DNA of 64,000 bases from NCBI RefSeq assembly GCF_006345805.1, contig NC_043021.1:9238001-9302000 (forward strand), in the 5' to 3' direction. This document shows, in pieces, positions 24,001 through 31,985 of this stretch (position 1 is its first letter; the number at the start of each line of letters is the position of its first letter). The stretch is from Octopus sinensis. Its lineage: Eukaryota. Made by a program: the position numbers and the translations under genes. Under the pieces are notes generated by a model, which saw only the letters and a list, made by a program, of their open reading frames with translations, did not search any database and was not told where the DNA came from.

Positions 24001-27000
24001 TGTCTGGTTCTGTTTGTGAATCTCCTGCTCCTGAAAACAGCACTACAAAGACTGGTTCCATTGGCCAGAAATCTTCTACTTCACATTCCGATGTCTTTCT
24101 GAAATCATTCATGCGTAACAATAGCGCTAATTCCAGTCGCCAGCGTCCTCATCCGTCTGATTCTGTCCACGAGGCAGACGACACAGCAGATGGTACATGG
24201 TTTGTTGCTGACTCAGATGATGAAAATGGTACCACTCCTGAGACAGGTTGCCATTCTACATCAAAGCCAAGTCTCAATTTCTGTGTAGCAGAATCTGACA
24301 GTGAAAATGACATGATTAATGATTCCTGTGCAGATGGTAGCCTGTCAGGAAAGGCTTTAGACAGCACCAAAGGTAGCAGCAGTAAGAATTTCCGTACACC
24401 ACCATCTTTCAAAGGTATGTCTTCTACGGTACCAAGTAGTTCACCAAGAACTGAAGGCAGCAGAGAGGAGGAAATGGAGACTGTTGTGGCAGATAACTCA
24501 TTTGATGGTCAAGCAGAACAACGTTTGGGGCATAACCAAAGCAAGAACACAAAACATGATGGCCAGGGGGACGACAGCGTTGTCAATGTTAAAAAAAAAC
24601 GATTGATATGTCATGTGATAAGTTCTTCAGAAGAGGATTCTGGTTCCGATGACGACGACAATGAAAACAAAAGAGCCAATGATGACGACAGCAGTTTTGA
24701 TGCAGCGCTTCCGAAACTGTCTCAGTGTCGTCGAAAGAGACTCCTCTCATCATCGGAGTCTGATGGTGAAGGAGAGAATGATGTCTCTATTGTCCAAGAA
24801 ATGTTGAATATTTCTGCTAATCCACACGAGTCACTCATCTCTTCCGTCCAAATCCCTTCTGTTAAGGATAAAAGATCGCAACAGTTTAATCGTTCCCAAA
24901 CGGCAGAGTCTCCTAGCCTGTCGGCAGCTGGGAAGGGTCTTTTTGAGGCAAAGCTCAGCGATGCAGATGTGGAAGGCCGCCCATCTGCAGTGGTTAAGAA
25001 CAACAGCTTGGTTGTTTGTGGGGCTGGAGAGAAGTCTGATGGGGTCGGTGAAAGTGTTAAAAGAGAAGAAAATGATGTAGAGGAAGAGGAAGACAGTGAA
25101 GAGGAGGCAGAGGAAGACAGTGAAGAGGAAGAAGACGAGATGGATGTAATAAATAAAAAGAAAAAGGAAATATCAGTAGTAGAGGAAGAAGAAAGTGAGG
25201 AAGAGGAAGAAGAAAGTGAAGACAGTGAGGAAGAAGAAGACAGTGAAGAGGAAGAAGACGAGATGGATGTAATAAATAAAAAGAAAAAGGAAATATCAGT
25301 AGTAGAGGAAGAAGAAAGTGAAGACAGTGAGGAAGAGGAAGACAGTGAAGAGGAGGAAGAAGAAATAGGTATGTCGTTTCTTTATCGTAAGTGAATGATT
25401 TAAAAGAGGTAGGTGGGTGACGAGTCTACAGTTGGTGGTTGCAGGGGTTAGGGGCATCCTGTTCTTCAGCGTTACTATCTTGTGCCCATTGTAACTCAGT
25501 TGTAGTTTAATCCCTTGGCATTTAATCTGGTCATAGCCAGTCCAAATATTCTACCTGTTTTTTTGTTAAATTGACCAGATTTGGCTTCTCACACCTACCC
25601 TACAATGTCATTCTTAAAAATCAAGCAGTCACATCATTGAAATCTTGAAGCTGCAGGGTAATGTGTAATTAACTGAAAACAATGAATAAATAAGCGTTAC
25701 ATTTGTAACAGGATCTGGTATCGGTATCACTGAAAGGGTGTTGATCCGATCCCGTCACATACAATTTAGTTAGATATAACAGACGAAGTCAGGTTATCGG
25801 TGAAAGACAGCAGTTTGTTTATTAATTGTGATGGTGTACGTATATCTGATGGGAAAACGACAGCCGAATCTGTTGTACAGCTTCTTGTTCGTTGGTTGAA
25901 GTGGTTCGATGTCGTCCGCGGCTAAGTCGGTGTGGTTATCAGAGACTACCAATGCACATCTGTTCACGATGGCTGAACGACCAGAGAGAATGATCGAGTT
26001 TAGTGGGCCTTAGGGATCAGTTTCCCGCTCATGCGCATGGGGAAGTAGTCCCATTCTGCGCATGCGCGCTGAACCCTACACAGTAGCATCACTACACATT
26101 TGACAGAATAATCTGAATGCTAAAGCATTCAAATATGAAGGTTGTTCACATTTAGAGATAGAAATTGTAACCATTTTACAGCAAATTGACAAATTTGCAG
26201 ATCTATCAGACCATTGCTTTAACTGCTTTAGTTGTAAAATTAAATCTTTGGTTGGCCTGAGGCTCTAGAAGACACTGGCCCAAGGTGCCATGCTGTGAGA
26301 CTGAACCCAGAACCATGTGGTTGGGAGGCAAACTTCTTTATATTTTAAAATACCCCATAGAAGTGTTCTGTAAAGTCTTTCCAATCGCAGACCTGTGTTG
26401 AATCAATATTTGAAAGTTTTTATTCTTTGTTTTCAATGGAAAAAAAATAATCTCATGTTTATATTTTTTCTGAAGAATTGCCATCTTTTTCCAACGACAA
26501 GAGTGAAGAATTCAACAACTTTGTCAGGGATGCTAGGTAAGTATTTCGTTTTCTCTCAGAAGATTTTTCCCAGCACAACATTTGTCCAACCTTATCTTCA
26601 GTAACTAAAAGACTTAGAGCAGCAAAATAAATTTATGGCCAAGATAATTTATATAATTTAACCTTTAGTATTCAGATGCTTATTTATCCACATTGATAAA
26701 AAATTCGTCGTGCATTGCCTTGTAGTTTTATATCCTGTTGTTTAATAAATAATTTAATGAAGCAAGGGGAAGAAGTATTGGGTTGTCTGGAAAATTTGTG
26801 CCGGTTTATAGTAGCTTACCTTTTGACTTAGTTTAGAACATGGTTGAGTACATAAAATAGGATTTGACTATACCTCCATTCAGAGCACAGTTTAAGCTAT
26901 CTTTTCGTGGAAGAAGGTCTATGTTTCTATAACCTGTGTTAATTCTGTAACCCTTTAAATTGGAAGATAAGAAAGTTCATTTTCGGCACTTGATGCTTTG

Positions 27001-28203
27001 GGAACCAGACAAAAATTGCTGCAGCTCGGCTGGGATGTGTTACCCCACCCTCCATATTCACCAGATATTGCTCCTTCGGATTTCCACTTATTTAGGTCTC
27101 TGCAGAATAGTCCTAATGGTAAAAATTTCAATTCCTTGGATGATGTAAAAAGATACCTTGATGAATTCTTTGCCATGAAACCACCTCAATTCTGGGCTCC
27201 AGCAGTCGAGGAAAGAAGTCTTTAAGCACGACTGCAATTTCCAAATTTCACAGAATAGATGAAGTGTTTTGCTCTCAGCGTACCAACTCGAGCTGTGTGT
27301 GTTTTGTTGTATCTCCGTTAACGTGGGACCATTGCCTCTGGAGATACAACATGCAGACAGGACTAGCTTGGAGTTCAAGCCAGTGAAGTGTGCTCAGCAA
27401 GCGCTTGTGGTGAAAAGAGAATGAATCTGTTTTTGTTGGGCCATTACATCCAGTTTGCCATCGCGAGCCTTGTGATCTTGCGCATGGCAAATGGATGCAG
27501 GTGAGGTTTCGGAGATGGTAATGGGTGCCATGAGATCTCATCCAATATGGCACTGACTTCTTGTGCCGCTACAAGCTTCTTCTTTTTCTTAATGTCATGT
27601 CAAACTCTGGAGAATTCTTACCTGTATTTGTTGTTCATATATCTGTCACATGCTTCCCTTAGCTCGTTTTTTTTTGCTTAAATTATGCAAATTGCCTAGT
27701 CCATGTGTCTTTACATCTAAATCCCATGGCTACAGGAAGTAAGGTAGAACTGTTGTCATGCTGATGATGTCTGTTGAAGTAGATACATGTTTAAGGTGGC
27801 GAGCTAGCAGAATCGTTAGCACGCCGGGCAAAATGCTTTGTGGTATTTCGTCTGCCGCTGCGTTCTGAGTTCAAATTCCGCCGAGGTCGACTTTGCCTTT
27901 CATCCTTTCGGGGTCAATAAATTAAGTACCACTTACGCACTGGGGTCGATGTAATCGACTTAATCCATTTGTCTGTCCTTGTTTGTCCCCTATGTTTAGC
28001 CCCTTGTGGGCAATAAAGAAATAAGAAACATGTATCCCTGAACAAAAAACTAATGTTCCTTTCTCCCTTTTCTTTTCAGAAAGTCTTATCGAAGTGAGAA
28101 TTACAAAGAGGCCTTGTATTCAGCACTGAAGGCCCTTAATCTGGATTCAAGTGACATTAAATTACAAACATTTGCACTGAAACTGAAGAAACTCTGTCAG
28201 TAA
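1..28203 (+). CDS. ERCC6L: ERCC6L/PICH SNF2-family DNA translocase, 18 exons in window, 5'-partial (1269 aa in window)
   Basis: join(1..86,658..826,1725..1850,4317..4409,5200..5330,6108..6213,9739..9869,10485..10797,12289..12402,14314..14362,15760..15949,16235..16386,18470..18561,19406..19625,21365..21642,23994..25368,26476..26536,28080..28203) = 3810 nt with consistent phases and no internal stop. SNF2 motifs [59 protein letters not shown], plus PICH-type RKNDLIIW, PFRYFTKQDL, GVSDHDL and a C-terminal TPR-like helix pair. Confidence 0.95.
658..826 (+). CDS. ERCC6L: ERCC6L exon
   Basis: ttcag|G..GG|gtaaaa; APGLNYDSFHDKG...GVLLVTYGLL...GQEFVW. Confidence 0.92.
901..1232 (+). mobile_element. 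SINE family S1, 5'-truncated
   Basis: Matches S1 body and tail. Confidence 0.8.
1284..1680 (-). mobile_element. SINE family S1 (tRNA head, CORE-like GGGCAAGTGTCTT, about 400 bp)
   Basis: Most abundant family in the window, about 20 copies; head GGCGCAGGAGTGGCTGTGTGG, tail GAAACAAGTAAAAGAGTA. Confidence 0.85.
1725..1850 (+). CDS. ERCC6L: ERCC6L exon (Walker B)
   Basis: acag|..|gtaagt; DYMILDEGHKIKN...[12 protein letters not shown]. Confidence 0.95.
1966..2401 (+). mobile_element. Retroposon family S2 (about 57-bp internal repeats, (GAT)n tail)
   Basis: GTGCCGGTGGCACGTAAAAAGCACC units, GTGGTTGGCGTTAGGAAGGGCATCCAGC core, CCATGCTAGCATGG palindrome, (GAT)n. Confidence 0.82.
2597..3150 (-). mobile_element. 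CR1-like LINE, 3' fragment of ORF2 (dead)
   Basis: LYVTLVRPILEYG..ERVQKLAT..LSYEERLKTLDLYSLEKR*..GDLI..RVADPWNKLP with stops. Confidence 0.85.
3632..3885 (-). mobile_element. RTE-clade LINE 3' end
   Basis: LLWKPSTRNARGRTLSYPDVISRDTG..DLRNAMMDRDVWR followed by a (TGA)n tail. Confidence 0.8.
3912..4238 (+). mobile_element. Retroposon family S2
   Basis: Matches S2. Confidence 0.8.
4317..4409 (+). CDS. ERCC6L: ERCC6L exon
   Basis: ELWALFDFVHHGSLLGTQKTFKMKYENPITR; ag/gtaagc. Confidence 0.95.
4497..4803 (-). mobile_element. SINE family S5
   Basis: Reverse copy of 19679..20010. Confidence 0.75.
5200..5330 (+). CDS. ERCC6L: ERCC6L exon
   Basis: ARQKDASLEEKQLG...APFFLRRTKAQLMSDPNSG; cag/gtaagg. 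Confidence 0.93.
5517..5578. repeat. (TG)n microsatellite
   Basis: Direct reading. Confidence 0.95.
6108..6213 (+). CDS. ERCC6L: ERCC6L exon
   Basis: IPELPRKNDLIIWVKMTEHQMQVYESYLCLDEVKQ; ccag/gtgaga. Confidence 0.93.
6315..6675 (-). mobile_element. SINE family S1
   Basis: Matches S1. Confidence 0.8.
6744..7072 (+). mobile_element. Retroposon family S2
   Basis: Matches S2. Confidence 0.8.
7505..7866 (+). mobile_element. SINE family S1
   Basis: Matches S1. Confidence 0.85.
7895..8117. mobile_element. piggyBac-type MITE family B
   Basis: TTAA-CCCTTTTGTTACCA..TGGTATCAAAAGGG-TTAT; partial copy follows at about 8125..8283. Confidence 0.78.
8567..8951 (+). mobile_element. tRNA-derived SINE family S4, full length
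   Basis: A/B boxes (TGGCCCAGTGG, GTTTCGATTTCC); 13-bp TSD CTATGTAACAGAG. Confidence 0.88.
9239..9667. mobile_element. MITE with 8-bp TSD (Merlin/hAT-like)
   Basis: TIR GGATCTTTTCGGTTTGAA; perfect TSD GTAACACC. Confidence 0.85.
9739..9869 (+). CDS. ERCC6L: ERCC6L exon
   Basis: LMSSSKSPLVALIILKKLCDHIRLMS...; atag/gtaagt. Confidence 0.92.
9936..10337. mobile_element. Mariner-type MITE with nested TTAA MITE
   Basis: TIR TTAGGTTGGTGCATAATTATTGCGG, TA TSD; insert at 10020..10242. Confidence 0.8.
10020..10242. mobile_element. piggyBac-type MITE family A
   Basis: TTAA-CCCTTTAGTGTT..AACACTAAAGGG-TTAA. Confidence 0.85.
10485..10797 (+). CDS. ERCC6L: ERCC6L exon
   Basis: ...LFQESGKLIVLIELL...KCVVFSQSAKMLDIIQKILKNL; gtag/gtaagg. 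Confidence 0.93.
10817..11729 (-). mobile_element. Non-autonomous Helitron-like element (with nested hAT MITE)
   Basis: minus strand A|TC...hairpin CCCAG/CTGGG...CTAG|T; the 5' boundary is less certain. Confidence 0.55.
10892..11110. mobile_element. hAT MITE
   Basis: CAGTG..CACTG termini; TSD CTCTAATC/TTCTAATC; second copy at 59637. Confidence 0.85.
11802..11867 (+). ncRNA. Type-I minimal hammerhead ribozyme motif, core intact
   Basis: accac-CTGATGA-atg..cat-GAAAC-GATC-GTA|gtgtt; palindromic stem III ACGATCGT; stem I only 3+1 bp. Confidence 0.72.
12289..12402 (+). CDS. ERCC6L: ERCC6L exon
   Basis: KYKYVRMDGKVIKLEERARIIRKFETDESICIFLMTTQ; gtag/gtaaga. Confidence 0.94.
12671..12892. mobile_element. 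piggyBac-type MITE family B
   Basis: TTAA-CCCTTTTGATACC..GGTAACAAAAGGG; partial copy upstream at about 12500..12660. Confidence 0.78.
13759..14146 (-). mobile_element. tRNA-derived SINE family S4, full length
   Basis: Highly similar to 8567..8951 in the opposite orientation; 12-bp TSD CACAAGTTCAAT. Confidence 0.88.
14314..14362 (+). CDS. ERCC6L: ERCC6L exon (motif V)
   Basis: [16 protein letters not shown]; acag/gtataa (weak donor, phase fits next exon). Confidence 0.9.
14952..15350 (-). mobile_element. SINE family S1
   Basis: Full-length S1. Confidence 0.87.
15760..15949 (+). CDS. ERCC6L: ERCC6L exon (motif VI)
   Basis: [42 protein letters not shown]...KDPFR. Confidence 0.96.
16235..16386 (+). 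CDS. ERCC6L: ERCC6L exon
   Basis: YFTKQDLKQLFIVENL...IEFLESLD; ttag/gtgagt. Confidence 0.93.
16490..16905 (-). mobile_element. R4/Dong-like non-LTR fragment (restriction-like endonuclease region)
   Basis: WYEHKPQRV..ELVVVDK..IMDIACP..VGALGIVSK across frameshifts. Confidence 0.7.
16935..17266 (+). mobile_element. Retroposon family S2
   Basis: Matches S2. Confidence 0.8.
17276..17674 (+). mobile_element. SINE family S1
   Basis: Full-length S1. Confidence 0.87.
17830..18066. repeat. (TTA)/(TTTTA) low-complexity microsatellite
   Basis: Direct reading. Confidence 0.95.
18470..18561 (+). CDS. ERCC6L: ERCC6L exon, probable GC donor
   Basis: YVFGVSDHDLVFSKEDDNKEATLSNPRVETM; donor ATG|GCAAGT (alternative weak in-phase GT at 18550). 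Confidence 0.82.
18577..18864. repeat. (TATC)n microsatellite
   Basis: Direct reading; begins about 15 bp after the GC donor. Confidence 0.95.
19406..19625 (+). CDS. ERCC6L: ERCC6L exon
   Basis: MVKAEEAIRSEVNTD...RPPFNR; ccag/gtaagt, phase 0 to 1. Confidence 0.85.
19679..20010 (+). mobile_element. tRNA-derived SINE family S5
   Basis: GGCTCAGTGGTTAG..GTTCGAATCC head, GAGCAAGACACT core; reverse copies at about 4497..4803, 31250..31555, 37785..38106 and 57670..57825. Confidence 0.8.
20362..20746 (-). mobile_element. SINE family S1 (left of head-to-head pair)
   Basis: Full-length S1. Confidence 0.87.
20787..21214 (+). mobile_element. SINE family S1 (right of head-to-head pair)
   Basis: Full-length S1. 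Confidence 0.87.
21365..21642 (+). CDS. ERCC6L: ERCC6L exon (low complexity, His6)
   Basis: YDDDDVVVIKESDDDDDD...NNNNYHHHHHHN...SSAPNR; acag/gtaagt; phases 1 and 0 link the flanking exons. Confidence 0.8.
21697..22568. repeat. Tandem array, about 195-bp unit x4 (MITE-like core plus flank)
   Basis: AAGTGCTTAGTATGTGGGG recurs at about 21697, 21970, 22174 and 22366; core bounded by TATAAGGAACCC / GGGTTCCTTGTA. Confidence 0.88.
23152..23561 (-). mobile_element. SINE family S1
   Basis: Full-length S1. Confidence 0.85.
23994..25368 (+). CDS. ERCC6L: ERCC6L large Ser/acidic exon
   Basis: 1375-nt open frame (468-aa ORF in the track); gcag/gtatgt. Confidence 0.9.
25113..25321 (+). repeat. In-frame 123-bp tandem duplication in the ERCC6L acidic tract
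   Basis: EDSEEEEDEMDVINKKKKEISVVEEEESE twice, nucleotide-identical over about 86 bp. Confidence 0.9.
25704..26096 (-). mobile_element. Solo LTR (Ty3/Gypsy-like), 393 bp
   Basis: TG..CA termini, 4-bp TSD CATT (25700..25703 and 26097..26100), AATAAA on the minus strand; splits a TTAA-MITE. Confidence 0.82.
26476..26536 (+). CDS. ERCC6L: ERCC6L exon
   Basis: ELPSFSNDKSEEFNNFVRDAR; gaag/gtaagt; phases fit. Confidence 0.8.
26778..27196 (+). mobile_element. Mariner deletion derivative (same family, one TIR)
   Basis: TA+TIR; GWDVLPHPPYSPDIAPSDFHLFRSL; near-identical to 49862..50427. Confidence 0.85.
27795..28026 (+). mobile_element. SINE family S3, full length
   Basis: tRNA-like head (GGCAGAATCGTTAGC..GAGTTCAAATTCC) and central GAGGTCGACTTTGCCTTTCATCCTTTCGGGGTC domain; other copies at about 13160..13497(-), 14427..14645, 18077..18295, 22678..23075, 23610..23925, 37196..37597(-), 46680..46820(-) and 63255..63410(-). 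Confidence 0.82.
28080..28203 (+). CDS. ERCC6L: ERCC6L last coding exon (TPR-like)
   Basis: KSYRSENYKEALYSALKALNLDSSDIKLQTFALKLKKLCQ* resembles the PICH C-terminal TPR; long polypyrimidine acceptor. Confidence 0.88.
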
Positions 28204-28422
28204 ACCTCAATGAGACAATCACTGCAAATATGGAGTTCAATGAACTCATAAACTAAACATCATCACAGATCCATCGTTAACTGCTAATTATTTGTTAATT
28301 ATGTAATTTGCTTTATTTGTTAGAGTTTAGTTTTTCTCATTAGAGATTTTACTGTCCTTTCTTAAAAAAAATATGCACTGCATAACATTGTGTCTGTGAT
28401 TTGTGTGTTGTATATATGTATG

Positions 28423-28670
28423 TGGAGGCGCAATGACCTAGTGGTTAGGGCAGCGGACTTGTGTGTGTTTATTGAGCGAAAACACCTAAAAGCTCCACAA
28501 GGCTCTGGCAGGGGATGGTGATCCCTGCTGTACTCCTTCACCACTCTTTCTTCAGTTGGCCTGCTCGCTTAGCCAGCGGGGTGGCGTCATTCTAAGGCTA
28601 AAACAATGCGAACACATTGTGACCAGCGATGTGTAACAACATCTGATGGTCTGGTCGGTCACGTGATATA
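28423..28670 (+). mobile_element. S4-head SINE with alternative tail
   Basis: Same tRNA-like head; tail shared with 32543..32829. Confidence 0.75.
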
Positions 28671-28872
28671 TGTATGTATGATAAATTGCGTATGTGGTTG
28701 TTTGTTACTCTAGTGTGTATGTCTAAAGTTTACTATGTGTGTATTTGTCTATATAAATTTATGGCTACATTTGTGTTTATGAATGAGTAGCTATTTCTCT
28801 GTGGATCTGTATGTGCTATATAGGCAATCTCTATGTTTGTGTTGTGTCTATATATGTGTGTGTGTGTGTGTG

Positions 28873-28987
28873 TGTGAGTGAGTGAGTGTGTCACGGTTCA
28901 AGTCACTAGTGCAAATGAAAGACAATGAATGTGTGTGAGTGAGTGTGTCATGGTTCAAGTCACTAGTGCAAATGAAAGACAATGAAT
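28873..28987. repeat. 57-bp tandem duplication
   Basis: TCA(C/T)GGTTCAAGTCACTAGTGCAAATGAAAGACAATGAAT twice. Confidence 0.9.
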
Positions 28988-29223
28988 GAATGTGTGCGTG
29001 TGTGTGCAACCGTGTTTTTCACAGTTCAGCTGCAAAAAATACACATTAAAGAAATAAAAAAAATTTCATATTGAACTTGCTGAACAGATACTTTCAAGTC
29101 TCTGGGACCAAAAACAACTTTTCACACACACCACACACACATACTAGAATAACGGCTGTTTCTTCTTTTGTTTTATCTCCAAACCCCAATTTCTTTTGTC
29201 TCATATTGGTGAATATATACATA

Positions 29224-30122
29224 GGAGGGGGGGGGGCACCCAAAAGAAACTAGAATTTTGCAATATTATTTTAATCACTTAGTTTTACAAGTTTACATTT
29301 TTGTTGTCTTCAAATTATTCTCCATTTGAAGCAATGCGTCGATCCAGACGCGTTTTCCACTGTATGAAGTAGTTCTGGAACTCTTGTGAAGTTATGCCTT
29401 TTAATGCTTCTGTTGTTTTTTAATCTTCATATCTTCTTCATCTTCAAATTCCATAGCACAGGCTTTCATCACCAGTGATGACCTTCGAAGAATAAATAGT
29501 TCAGATCAAATTCCACTCGTTCCCTCAGTTCACGACACGCATTCAGTCAAGACTACTTTTGATCTTCTGTGAGCAAGTGAGGTACAAATTTTGCTGCAAG
29601 TCTTTTCATTTGCAATTCTTCACTCAAAATTCATTGGCAGGAACTCCAGGACACACTAGTCATAGTCATATCAACAAGTTCGTCAGTTGCTTGTTGACGG
29701 TCCTCCATGATCAGATCATGAATTTCATTTGTTCAGTAAGAGTCAACGGTCATCTTGAATGGAGTTGATCTTCAAGCGACAAGAGACCATTCCTAAAGCG
29801 TGAAAACCACTTGCAAACTTGCTTCCCTCATGGCAGTGTCCTTGTAAGCTGTTTGAAGCATGACAACTGTTTTGGCTGTCATCTGTCCCTGCAGAAAACA
29901 GGACTTCTTGTAAGCATGTTGTTCCTTCATTTCAGCCATCGCAAAAATTGATGAACAGGGGAGAAGCTCTGCAAAACAGAGGCGCACCATGTGATAGTAC
30001 AACTTCACAATGACCCCGGTTGGCAGGCTGATGCCTGAGGGGTGCACCAAGTGGCGGGATCCTGAACTGCAATAGGTTTGTTCCAAAGAGAACATTTCCA
30101 GTTATGTTTGGGTGCCTCCCCA
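29224..30122 (-). mobile_element. Internally deleted mariner element
   Basis: Imperfect TIRs (ggaggg..gcacccaaaagaaac / gttatgtttgggtgcctcccc) with TA flanks; HTH N-terminus (KTVVMLQTAYKD) and C-terminus (QWKTRLDRRIASNG) remain, catalytic core missing. Confidence 0.8.
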
Positions 30123-30467
30123 TATGTGAGTGTGTATGTGTGTGTGTAGAGAGAGAGGGACATAATAAAAGAAATTACAATTTTTCTTCTTACTCATTAT
30201 TTTTGACTTGTGATATATAACATGATAAAGTTGATGACCAAAAATGTATGTACATGTACACATATATAAATATTTGTATAATATCTCAAATTGTTGTTGT
30301 TTGTGATTTTTATAGATCTTCTTTTACAATGGGCTGTATATCATCATCATCATTTCTATGCTTGTGTAAGTGGATGGATCTTCAGCACAGCATCTCCCCA
30401 CTTGTTGCATGTGTGTATGTATGTATATATATATATATATATATATATACATACACACACACGTGTG

Positions 30468-31076
30468 CTCTGGCTCTGTGGTAAAATGTCTTGTTTTCAT
30501 AAGTTCTGTATTAAAATCTTCCACTAAACCTTAATCACAATTTATGTTCCTAATACTAGCTTAATGATAATTAAGTTATTCTATTAAATTCTTTGTTATA
30601 TTTAACCCTTTAGTGTTCAGATTACTCTGTTAAATGTAATACCTTAACCCTTTAGCATTTAAACCGGCCAAAAGTATTCTGCCTGTTTTATGTTCAAACT
30701 GGCCAGATCTGGTCTCTCACACCAGCCCTACAATATCGTTTTAAAAATTAACAGCTACCTCATCAAAATCTCATAGCTACGAGATAATGCATGATTAGTT
30801 CAAAACAATGTGGATAAAAAAGGATTAATTTTGGCAGAATAATGTGAACACTAAAGGGTTAATCATGCATTATCTTATAGCTTTGAGGTTTCAATGATGT
30901 GATTGTTTATTTTTAGAATGTCAATGTAGGTTAAGAGTGAGAGGCTAGATATCGCCAGTTTGAATATAAAACATGTAGAATATATTGGGCTGGATTTGAC
31001 CGGTTTAAACACTAAAGGGTTAAAATTAATTGAAAGAAACACAGAGCATCTGTACAGCAATATGGTAACAAAAGGG
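30468..31076. mobile_element. Triple-nested TTAA MITEs (B > A > A)
   Basis: A1 30606..31019 and A2 30648..30858, each flanked by TTAA, inside a 5'-truncated family-B copy. Confidence 0.8.
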
Positions 31077-31706
31077 TTAAAGAGTTTGCTTGAATGTTGA
31101 TGAAATCTCACAGAGGATTAAAACTAATCCAGTTGATCCCTCCTTCTTTTGTCCATAATATATTGTATATACAAACGAAGTGTTTAAATCTGTATATACA
31201 CACACTCAGTGCTGGCTAAAATCCATAGATACATCTTCCAGTACTTGTCGTACTCCGTCAGATACGAGGGTCACAGCTGATCTGATCAACGGAATAGCCT
31301 GCGTGTGAGCTTAATGTGCAAGTGGCTGAGCACTCCACAGTCAACGTGTACCCTTAATGTAGTTCTCGAGGAGATACAGTGTGACACCAAATGTAACAAG
31401 GCTTACACTTTGAAATAGAGGCACAACTCATTTTTGCCAGCTTAGTAGACTGGAGCAATGTGGAGTGAAGTGTCTTGCTCAAGGACTCAATGCGTTGCCT
31501 GGAATTGAACTTATGATCACGAGCCAAATACCCTAACCACTAAACCATGTGCTTCCATGCCATTAACAAAATGGTAATTAAAAATTTTCAAATTTTTACC
31601 TTGTCTTTTGTTCTATGGTTCCACACTGGATAGGTTTTATCAAGAAACTGTTTTCATTTCAAACTGTAGGATGCCTTCTTGTGTAGGGAAGATGGATTGT
31701 GAAATC

Positions 31707-31985
31707 ATCATCGTTTAACGTCCGTTCTCCATGCTAGTATGGGTTGGACGGTTCGACCGGGGATCTAGGAAGCCAGAAGGCTGCGCCAGGCTCCAGTCTG
31801 ATCTGGCAGTGTTTCTACAGCTGGATGCCCTTCCTAATGCCAACCACTCCGTGAGTGTAGTAGGTGCCTTTTACATGCCACCGGCACAGGTGCCAGGCGA
31901 GGCTGGCAACGGCCAAGATCAGATTGGTGCATTTTACGTGCCACCAGCACGGAAGCCAGTCTAGGCGGCACTGGCATCGGCCACG
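31707..31985 (-). mobile_element. Retroposon family S2
   Basis: Matches S2. Confidence 0.78.

Noticed and set aside
26998-27225. SETMAR-like ORFs (also 50010..50207)
   Set aside because: Short mariner transposase remnants inside TIR-bounded deletion derivatives; no SET domain and no splice context.
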